DNA of 32,000 bases from Copranaerobaculum intestinale (GTDB lineage: Bacteria > Bacillota_I > Bacilli_A > Erysipelotrichales > Erysipelotrichaceae): the NCBI RefSeq assembly GCF_009831105.1, contig NZ_WUUQ01000008.1, forward strand, positions 13,831 through 45,830, written 5' to 3'. How positions within the stretch are numbered: the stretch's first letter is position 1; every line of letters starts with the position of its first letter. This document shows, one piece after another, positions 25,788 through 32,000 of the stretch. Both the position numbers and the translations under genes were made by a program. Below the pieces are notes generated by a model. It made no database searches and was not told where the DNA came from. It saw only the letters and a list, made by a program, of their open reading frames with translations.

Positions 25788-26257
25788 AGCTGCTATTTAA
25801 ACAACGGTTTTTTTCATGGCTGGACTGCTACGATATATACGATGAAGAACAAAATGTTGTATATACGGTAAAAGGTCAGTTATCATGGGGGCATAAGCTG
25901 GTTATTCTTGATGCACGTGGTAATGAGATCGGCATGGTAAGAGAAGAAATTTTAACTTTTTTACCACGCTTTGTACTTACACTGAATGATCAGGAAGTAG
26001 GAGAAATAAAAAAGGAGCTCACTTTTTGGAAGCCCCAATTTCATTTGGATTGTAAAGGATGGCAGATCGACGGTGATTTTTTGGAATGGGATTATTCCAT
26101 ATGGGATATGGACGGAAATGAAATAGCAACCCTTTATAAGGAAGTCATATCTTGGACGGACACTTATGAAATGCATATTCATAATCCGGAAAACGCAATT
26201 TATGTAGTAATGATTGCATTAGCGATCGATGCCGCAAAATGTACGAGGAACAGCTGA
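25784..26257 (+). CDS. LURP-one-related (LOR/DUF567, tubby C-terminal-like / scramblase-related) family protein
   Basis: MKLLFKQRFFSWLDCYDIYDEEQNVVYTVKGQLSWGHKLVILDARGNEIGMV... shows the repeated beta-hairpin pattern of bacterial LOR proteins. Its start overlaps the thioesterase stop (ATGA at 25784-25787). Confidence 0.7.
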   Translation: MKLLFKQRFFSWLDCYDIYDEEQNVVYTVKGQLSWGHKLVILDARGNEIGMVREEILTFLPRFVLTLNDQEVGEIKKELTFWKPQFHLDCKGWQIDGDFLEWDYSIWDMDGNEIATLYKEVISWTDTYEMHIHNPENAIYVVMIALAIDAAKCTRNS

Positions 26258-26830
26258 TTCATCAATAAACTGAATTTCGTTCTTTTCCAAAGAACTGATA
26301 CGAGCCTGACTATATACTTCATAGCCGGCTTGTGAAACTTTGGCATTCCCTTGTTGGAATGCTTTTTCAATGACGATACCAATGCCTGCTAATTGCGCAT
26401 GTGCCTGTTTTATAATATCAATAGCGCCGAGGCAGGCTTCCCCATTTGCCATGAAATCATCAATAAAAAGGATGGAGTCATCAGAAGATAAGAAAGATTT
26501 ACGACAGGTGATAAGATAATCAATATCTTTTGTGAAGGAGTGAACAGTCGTTTCATAAAGCTCCTCATTTAAGATTTTTGATTTACTCTTTTTTAAGTAG
26601 ACAACCGGAACGTTCAGCAGATATCCGCACATCAGGGCTGGTGCAATGCCGCTTGTTTCGATTGTCAGAATCTTGGTGATCTTTTTGTTTTTGAAATGAC
26701 GGACAAAATCCTTTCCGAGCTCCATCATCAGTTGGGGATCGATCTGATGATTTAAAAAGCTGTCGACAAGTAAAACCTCATCATTTTTTATTTCTCCGTA
26801 TTTACGGATCATTTCTTCCAGCAGCTTCAT
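26219..26830 (-). CDS. xpt: xanthine phosphoribosyltransferase
   Basis: VDSFLNHQIDPQLM, TIETSGIAPA and FIDDFMANGEA are collinear with B. subtilis Xpt as I recall it. ATG 26830 has SD AAGGAGAAAGAG upstream and a promoter upstream of that. Confidence 0.9.
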   Translation of the reverse strand: MKLLEEMIRKYGEIKNDEVLLVDSFLNHQIDPQLMMELGKDFVRHFKNKKITKILTIETSGIAPALMCGYLLNVPVVYLKKSKSKILNEELYETTVHSFTKDIDYLITCRKSFLSSDDSILFIDDFMANGEACLGAIDIIKQAHAQLAGIGIVIEKAFQQGNAKVSQAGYEVYSQARISSLEKNEIQFIDESAVPRTFCGIDR

Positions 26831-26858
26831 ATTCTCTTTCTCCTTTTCCATATTGTTA

Positions 26859-26887
26859 ATGATACGAGCATTACATCGATTTATCAA
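26859..26887 (-). promoter_or_regulatory. promoter TTGATA-17-TATCAT for xpt
   Basis: On the minus strand, the -35 is at 26887-26882 and the -10 at 26864-26859. This leaves a leader of only about 22 nt. Confidence 0.5.
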
Positions 26888-26921
26888 AATTCTTTCTTGT
26901 TCATTGGGATGATTGTTTGCT

Positions 26922-28763
26922 TTATCTGATGGATTTATTATCCGTCAGACTGTCAGAGCTTTTAGGGAACAGCCAACAGATTATTTCATCGATAAAAAGA
27001 TCGCGCTTACCCTGCTGTTTATAGTAAAAGGCAAGTTCAGGATTATCGGTTATCAAGCCGTCGATATTCATAGCCAGCAGCTGTTTAAGCTCATAGTCAC
27101 GATTTACAGTCCATACATAAACTTTTTTATGCAGATCGTGAACAGCTTTGATCATGTCCTTGTTGACAAAGGTTGCCTCCACACTGAACATATCCACATA
27201 ATCAATATCATAATAGTTACCATATGCAATGGGCGCTATATAAACTGTCTGCAGATCAGAATTCAACTGTTTTACCTTTTTCAATATCGGCAGATCCATG
27301 GAAGCGATGACACATTGCTTCTCAAAATGATACTTCTCGATTAACTGGATCGTTTTTTCTTCCAGTTCTTTTTCATGACCGTTCTTTTTCAGTTCGATCA
27401 TGAGCTTGATTTTCCCTTCAGATACCTTGATCATATCTTCAAGTGTCGGAATCTTTGTTCCTTTAAATTCGTGAGAAAAGAAACTGCCGGCGTCATAAGT
27501 GTTTATTTCATCGGCATCAACCTCCCATATAGGTTTATCAACACCAGCTGTTCGTTTGAAATTTGTATCATGCATAATGTATAACTGTCCGTCCTTAGAT
27601 TGCTGAACATCTATTTCAGCAAAGCTGGCAGGGCTGTCAATTGCATATTTAAGAGCCGGTATGGTATTTTCTGGAGCGAAGATAGAGCCAGCGCGATGGG
27701 CAACGATATCGATTGGCTTCTGCATGATATTATACTGTACAAAGGCATTGCCTTGATAATCGTCATAAAAGCCGATTGCCAACGTTATAAGAGCTATTTC
27801 AAGACAGCTGATCGTAATGATTTTAAAGGAAAATTTCCACTTTTTCTTTTCTTCACAAATCGTAAGACTTGCTTTTTGATGATAGGTATAGGTGATGATC
27901 GCAAAACTGATGATGAATATAACAATATGGAATACGAAAGAAGCAATTTGTTTCAGCTGCATATAGTTTAATATAAAACTTGTCAAGGAGGATTCCGTGT
28001 CCGGCAAAAAGTAGTAAGCAGTAAATAAAAGTAATAGAATGATACCGTATAGGAGCAGGAAAAAGGCAAAAATACCAATCAGGCAAGCGGCATAAAACAG
28101 CAGCGTCCTAACAAAATTTTTCTTTAAGAGCTTTCTGCTGTTTTGCCATGACTGTTTTAAATTCATATCATTTAATAAAAAGGATGGTACTACATATAGC
28201 ATGTGAAAAACCAATAGATTGAGAATGAGTATAATCAGAATATACAATGTATACATGAGGAATCCCTGCTCCTGGAAAAAATCAATAATATATTCCGGTA
28301 TGCGAAACCGAATGAGCGAAGCCGGGGTTAGGGAAAGTGAGGTCAATGGAAATAATACCATGATGATAACAAGCATCAGCCAATTTCTTGGCTTGATGAC
28401 TTTCCATATTTTGTGAAAGGCTATCTTGATGAGCGTGATCAAGGTAAACGATTCACGTTTCAAGGACCAATGGAAATAATAGCTGAGAACGCTCATCTCG
28501 TAGAGTATGTAGCTGCCTAGCAGTAGGAAACAGAATAGTAGTATGGGTAATGTATAGGGAGATGACAGCCAGATAGAAATACTTGATAAATCAAGATAAG
28601 CAAGCTTGGCAGAGGCAAGGCTGTCTTGGATCAGAGAACTCATGATCGGATAAATCAGCAGACTGCCGATAACACGATATAGAAATTCAAATAGCAGCAG
28701 GGTTCGCCATTGAAAAAAGAGACTTTGAAAAATTGTCCGAAGATCTTTTATATAGGTTTTCAT
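26922..28763 (-). CDS. membrane-anchored glycerophosphodiester phosphodiesterase (N-terminal polytopic GDPD-membrane domain plus C-terminal GDPD catalytic domain)
   Basis: About 330 aa of TM segments are followed by VAHRAG...PENT, EIDVQQSKDGQLYIMHD and VWTVN, which are GDPD motifs. SD CAGGAGG is strong. Confidence 0.85.
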   Translation of the reverse strand: MKTYIKDLRTIFQSLFFQWRTLLLFEFLYRVIGSLLIYPIMSSLIQDSLASAKLAYLDLSSISIWLSSPYTLPILLFCFLLLGSYILYEMSVLSYYFHWSLKRESFTLITLIKIAFHKIWKVIKPRNWLMLVIIMVLFPLTSLSLTPASLIRFRIPEYIIDFFQEQGFLMYTLYILIILILNLLVFHMLYVVPSFLLNDMNLKQSWQNSRKLLKKNFVRTLLFYAACLIGIFAFFLLLYGIILLLLFTAYYFLPDTESSLTSFILNYMQLKQIASFVFHIVIFIISFAIITYTYHQKASLTICEEKKKWKFSFKIITISCLEIALITLAIGFYDDYQGNAFVQYNIMQKPIDIVAHRAGSIFAPENTIPALKYAIDSPASFAEIDVQQSKDGQLYIMHDTNFKRTAGVDKPIWEVDADEINTYDAGSFFSHEFKGTKIPTLEDMIKVSEGKIKLMIELKKNGHEKELEEKTIQLIEKYHFEKQCVIASMDLPILKKVKQLNSDLQTVYIAPIAYGNYYDIDYVDMFSVEATFVNKDMIKAVHDLHKKVYVWTVNRDYELKQLLAMNIDGLITDNPELAFYYKQQGKRDLFIDEIICWLFPKSSDSLTDNKSIR

Positions 28764-28807
28764 ATAACTGCCTCCTGTTCTTCTGTTAGTATTGTGCGGC
28801 TTGCTTT

Positions 28808-28816
28808 ATTTTAGCA
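28808..28816 (-). promoter_or_regulatory. extended -10 element (minus strand TGCTAAAAT) for the GDPD gene
   Basis: Plus strand reads ATTTTAGCA, 45 nt upstream of ATG 28763. Confidence 0.45.
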
Positions 28817-29000
28817 CAAGATCAGGGAATTATCACATGTATAGCATGAATGATCGCTTGTGTTTTTAGGACTGTATCGGCATCATACGATGTGTTTTTT
28901 TTAATTGTCTGAAGGTGAAGCTGCATAATAGAAAAGGGGGTATATCTGCTTTTCTTATTCATCAAAAAAAAGTATAATAAAAACCGTGAGGTACATGCAG

Positions 29001-29444
29001 ATGGAAGAAGAAAACAGAAATGAAAAAGAACAGCTGCTGGATGCGTTTATAAACCGACGAATGCGGTTATCAGATACCATTAACAGCATGATGAATTTTA
29101 AAATGGAGAAGGTAGATTGGGAAGCGGCTGAAGTTACGCTTTGTTTTCCGGTGATGAAGTGGCAGCTGAATCCAATGGGATCCATGCACGGCGGTATGAT
29201 ATGTACGGCTGTTGATATTGCGATGGGGTGCGCGGCATTTTCTCATTCACATGGGAAACATACACCGACTATCGAAATGAGTGTGAATTTTATTCGAGCG
29301 ATTCATGAGGGTGATGAGTTGATCATTACGGCAAAGGCCGATCACGCCGGACGTCGGTTGGTTCAGCTGCGGTGTGAGGGCGTCATAAAGTCAAACGGCA
29401 AAACGGCAGTTACTGCAGTTGGTACGTATACGCTAAATGAATAG
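29001..29444 (+). CDS. PaaI-family hotdog-fold thioesterase (paralogue 2)
   Basis: NPMGSMHGGMICTAVDIAMGCAA is the PaaI signature. ATG 29001 is preferred (SD GTGAGGT 8 nt upstream) over GTG 28986 and ATG 28995. Confidence 0.78.
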   Translation: MEEENRNEKEQLLDAFINRRMRLSDTINSMMNFKMEKVDWEAAEVTLCFPVMKWQLNPMGSMHGGMICTAVDIAMGCAAFSHSHGKHTPTIEMSVNFIRAIHEGDELIITAKADHAGRRLVQLRCEGVIKSNGKTAVTAVGTYTLNE

Positions 29445-29453
29445 GAGAAAGTA

Positions 29454-30137
29454 ATGAAATATACAATATTATTATTTGATGCAGATGATACCCTGTTTGA
29501 TTTTCAAAAGGCAGAGGAAAAGGCATTAGAAGAAACACTGGATGCATATGGATTGGGAAAAAATAATGCGGCGACAGCACTTTATCATAAGATCAATAAA
29601 CAGCTGTGGATTGATTTTGAAGCGGGTAAGGTGAGCAAGCCGGTATTGAAGGTGAAACGCTTTACGGAGTTGTTTCAGCAGATGGGGGTGGCTGCGGATG
29701 GCAGGGCATGCAGTAACGTATATATAGAGAATCTTTCAAAAGGGAATGATTTGCTTCCCGATGCACTGCATATCTGCCGTGAGTTGAGCAAAACCTGCCG
29801 ACTTTATCTGGTGACAAACGGCATTGCCAAGGTTCAGCATGCACGGTTTGAAGCATCAGAACTGAAACCGTATTTTAAAGATATTTTTGTTTCGGAAGAA
29901 AGCGGTTATCAGAAGCCGCAGGTAGAATATTTCCGCTATGTGTTTGATCGCATTCCCGATTTTGAAAAGGCGCAAGCACTGTTAATTGGGGATTCTTTAA
30001 CGTCCGATATGCAGGGCGGATGGAATGTCGGACTTGATACATGTTGGTATAATCCCAATCATAAGGAGAATGAAAAACGGCTGGCTTGTACGTATGAGAT
30101 CGATGATTTAAAGAAAATACTTGAAATTGTAAAGTAA
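29454..30137 (+). CDS. HAD-superfamily hydrolase, YjjG-like noncanonical pyrimidine 5'-nucleotidase family
   Basis: HAD motif I is LLFDADDTLFDF, motif II is LVTNG, and motif IV is LIGDSLTSD. The overall layout resembles TIGR02254. Confidence 0.7.
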   Translation: MKYTILLFDADDTLFDFQKAEEKALEETLDAYGLGKNNAATALYHKINKQLWIDFEAGKVSKPVLKVKRFTELFQQMGVAADGRACSNVYIENLSKGNDLLPDALHICRELSKTCRLYLVTNGIAKVQHARFEASELKPYFKDIFVSEESGYQKPQVEYFRYVFDRIPDFEKAQALLIGDSLTSDMQGGWNVGLDTCWYNPNHKENEKRLACTYEIDDLKKILEIVK

Positions 30138-30219
30138 GCGGACAAAATAAAAAAATAATGACAGCTTAGGCTGGCATGTGATATGATATCGATAATTATT
30201 TTTAAAGGAGGGCAACATT

Positions 30220-31752
30220 TTGGCAGATAAGATTGTGGTATTAGATTTCGGCAGTCAGTATAATCAGCTAATTGCGCGCAGGGTGCGTGAAATGGGTGTG
30301 TACAGTGAACTGAAATCGCATAAAATGAGTGCAGCGGAAATTCGTAAGGATTCTGAAATTAAAGGAATTATTTTCTCTGGCGGACCCAATTCGGTATATG
30401 ATGAATCTGCGTTTAAAATAGATAATGAGATCTTTCAATTGGGCTTGCCGATTTTAGGTATTTGCTATGGCATGCAGCTGATGGCGCAGGAGCTTGGCGG
30501 CGAGGTCGTTTCCTGTGAGCATGCGGAATACGGTAAAGCAGAAATTGAGATTACGGGGGATACTGCTCTATTGGAGGGCATGGAGCATCGGCAGCAGGTA
30601 TGGATGTCTCATGGTGATCAGGTTGGAAGAGCACCGCAAGGGTTTCAGGTTGATGCGGCTACCAGCACTTGTCCGATTGTTATGATGAGTGATCAAAAGC
30701 GTAAATTTTATGCAATTCAATTTCATCCAGAAGTACGTCATACGGTACATGGCAATGATATGCTGAAGAATTTTGTATTTGGGGTTTGTCATGCGAAGAA
30801 TAATTGGAGCATGCAGTCTTTCATTGAAATGCAGATGAAGCTGATTCAGGATCAGGTAAAAGATGATGAGGTGCTGTGTGCTTTATCGGGTGGTGTGGAT
30901 TCAGCGGTCGTGGCAGCTTTATTGCATAAGGCGATCGGTGATAAGTTGACATGTATGTTTGTCGATCATGGATTGCTGCGGATGAATGAAGCGGAATCGG
31001 TTGTGGATACATTCAAAGGCAGATTTGGCATGAAGCTCATTAAAATTGATGCCAAAGCGTTATTTTTAGGAAAACTGAAGGGAGTCAGTGATCCGGAAGA
31101 AAAGCGTAAGATCATCGGTACAGAATTTATCAGGGTGTTTGAGGCCGAATCGCAGAAGCTGACCACCATTAAATGGTTAGCGCAAGGCACGCTTTATACA
31201 GATGTGATTGAATCCGGTACGGAAACGGCGCAGAAGATCAAATCTCATCATAATGTCGGCGGACTTCCAGAAGATATGCAGTTCCAGTTGATCGAACCGT
31301 TGAATACTTTATTTAAAGATGAAGTTCGTGAGCTTGGTTCATTGCTGGGATTGCCGGATGAGATTGTTCATCGGCAGCCATTTCCGGGTCCGGGCTTGGC
31401 AATTCGGGTGCTGGGTGAGGTTACGGAGGAAAAATTGGATTTGGTGCGTCGCAGTGATGCAATCCTTCGTGAAGAGATTGCCAATGCTGGATTGGATAAG
31501 GAAATTTGGCAGTATTTTACGGCATTGCCGGATATGCGTTCCGTAGGGGTTATGGGGGATCAGCGAACGTATGATTATACGGTAGGCATTCGTGCTGTTA
31601 CTTCGATTGATGGGATGACAGCGGATTGGGCGAGAATTCCATATGAGGTGTTGGATAGGATTTCAAGAAGAATTGTGAATGAGATCAAGGGGATTAATCG
31701 AGTGGTGTACGATTGTACAAGTAAACCGCCGGCAACGATTGAGTGGGAATAG
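30220..31752 (+). CDS. guaA: GMP synthase (glutamine-hydrolysing)
   Basis: The GATase domain ([14 protein letters not shown]), ATP-PPase P-loop SGGVDS and conserved C-terminus ...KPPATIEWE are present. The start is TTG with SD AAGGAGGG 7 nt upstream. Confidence 0.96.
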   Translation: MADKIVVLDFGSQYNQLIARRVREMGVYSELKSHKMSAAEIRKDSEIKGIIFSGGPNSVYDESAFKIDNEIFQLGLPILGICYGMQLMAQELGGEVVSCEHAEYGKAEIEITGDTALLEGMEHRQQVWMSHGDQVGRAPQGFQVDAATSTCPIVMMSDQKRKFYAIQFHPEVRHTVHGNDMLKNFVFGVCHAKNNWSMQSFIEMQMKLIQDQVKDDEVLCALSGGVDSAVVAALLHKAIGDKLTCMFVDHGLLRMNEAESVVDTFKGRFGMKLIKIDAKALFLGKLKGVSDPEEKRKIIGTEFIRVFEAESQKLTTIKWLAQGTLYTDVIESGTETAQKIKSHHNVGGLPEDMQFQLIEPLNTLFKDEVRELGSLLGLPDEIVHRQPFPGPGLAIRVLGEVTEEKLDLVRRSDAILREEIANAGLDKEIWQYFTALPDMRSVGVMGDQRTYDYTVGIRAVTSIDGMTADWARIPYEVLDRISRRIVNEIKGINRVVYDCTSKPPATIEWE

Positions 31753-31840
31753 TAGTCAAAATGCTTGAAACCCGCATAAACACAGGGTTTCTTGAAGTGA
31801 AAAATATCTTCGTAACAACATCTGAAAATTATTCATAAAT

Positions 31841-31882
31841 AAAGAGCTAACAGATTTTTATGTCTGTTAGCTCTTTTCTTTA
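31841..31882. terminator. strong hairpin / bidirectional terminator between guaA and the IS30-type transposase gene
   Basis: Perfect 14-bp stem AAAGAGCTAACAGA / TCTGTTAGCTCTTT (31841-31854 / 31863-31876) followed by T-rich sequence. It could also lie within the IS end. Confidence 0.75.
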
Positions 31883-31883
31883 T

Positions 31884-32000
31884 TCAAATCTCAACCGCAC
31901 CAAATTGTAATTTATGAAATTCTACCTCATAAGGAGTTTTAAAGTCAAACATTTTACGAGGCATTGAATTGATTTTAAATGCTATATCATCTAAATACTG
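31884..32000 (-). mobile_element. IS30-family transposase gene, 3' end (38 C-terminal codons plus stop); continues off-window
   Basis: The minus-strand translation QYLDDIAFKINSMPRKMFDFKTPYEVEFHKLQFGAVEI* matches the conserved IS30 C-terminal pattern L..IA..LN.RPRK.LG(F/Y)KTP.E.F. Confidence 0.6.

Noticed and set aside
26831-26921. Looked for a guanine/purine riboswitch upstream of xpt, as in the Bacillus xpt-pbuX operon
   Set aside because: Only 91 nt are available. The sequence lacks the conserved purine-aptamer core (the UAUA..GG.AUAUGG...CUACC...CCGUAAAU-like elements). A promoter 22 nt from the ATG explains the region.
28921-28953. Hairpin AGAAAAG-GGGGTATATCTG-CTTTTCT upstream of PaaI paralogue 2, considered as a possible attenuator
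   Set aside because: It lies upstream of the best -10 (TATAAT at 28973-28978), so it is unlikely to be transcribed as part of the leader. The stem is only 7 bp.

Overview
The window reads as about 32 kb of chromosomal backbone from a low-GC Gram-positive bacterium (Bacillota). Support: GGAGG-type Shine-Dalgarno sites 5-9 nt upstream of starts, many extended -10 promoters (TGnTATAAT), lipobox lipoproteins, group-II orphan ECF S-components, and YhbD/YitT/DUF368-type genes. I call 32 complete CDS, a 5'-truncated esterase gene at the left edge, and the 3' end of an IS30-family transposase gene at the right edge. I found no rRNA, tRNA, CRISPR array or recognisable riboswitch. The longest intergenic gaps are about 240 bp, so large ncRNAs are excluded.

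Content is mostly housekeeping: CoA salvage (panT-coaBC-coaX), NAD(P)HX repair, HflX, a peptidoglycan glycosyltransferase divergent from a DUF368 undecaprenyl-phosphate translocase, an Ala/Gly symporter, glycerate kinase, an ArsR-regulated Zn/Cd P1B-ATPase, a RumA-type rRNA methyltransferase, xpt and guaA.

I see no defence system, toxin-antitoxin pair or secretion apparatus, and nothing I can confidently call a novel system. The most interesting candidates are small, tightly coupled modules of unknown function:
- An aldo/keto-reductase-FeS gene, an orphan ECF S-component and DUF1893 (510-2545).
- A DUF4004/YhbD-like HTH gene with a Cys-rich bactofilin-like gene, behind a promoter carrying a 10-bp direct repeat (2572-3918).
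- A Cys-motif FMN alpha-hydroxy-acid oxidase homologue with a mini pyrophosphatase-like protein (20248-21670).
- A C_GCAxxG_C_C gene divergent from a translationally coupled PaaI thioesterase and LURP-one-related pair (24694-26257).

The IS30 fragment lies just downstream of guaA, whose 3' end is a known island integration site in other Bacillota. Accessory DNA may therefore start at or beyond the right edge. All coordinates and motifs were read by eye, and no database search was possible.
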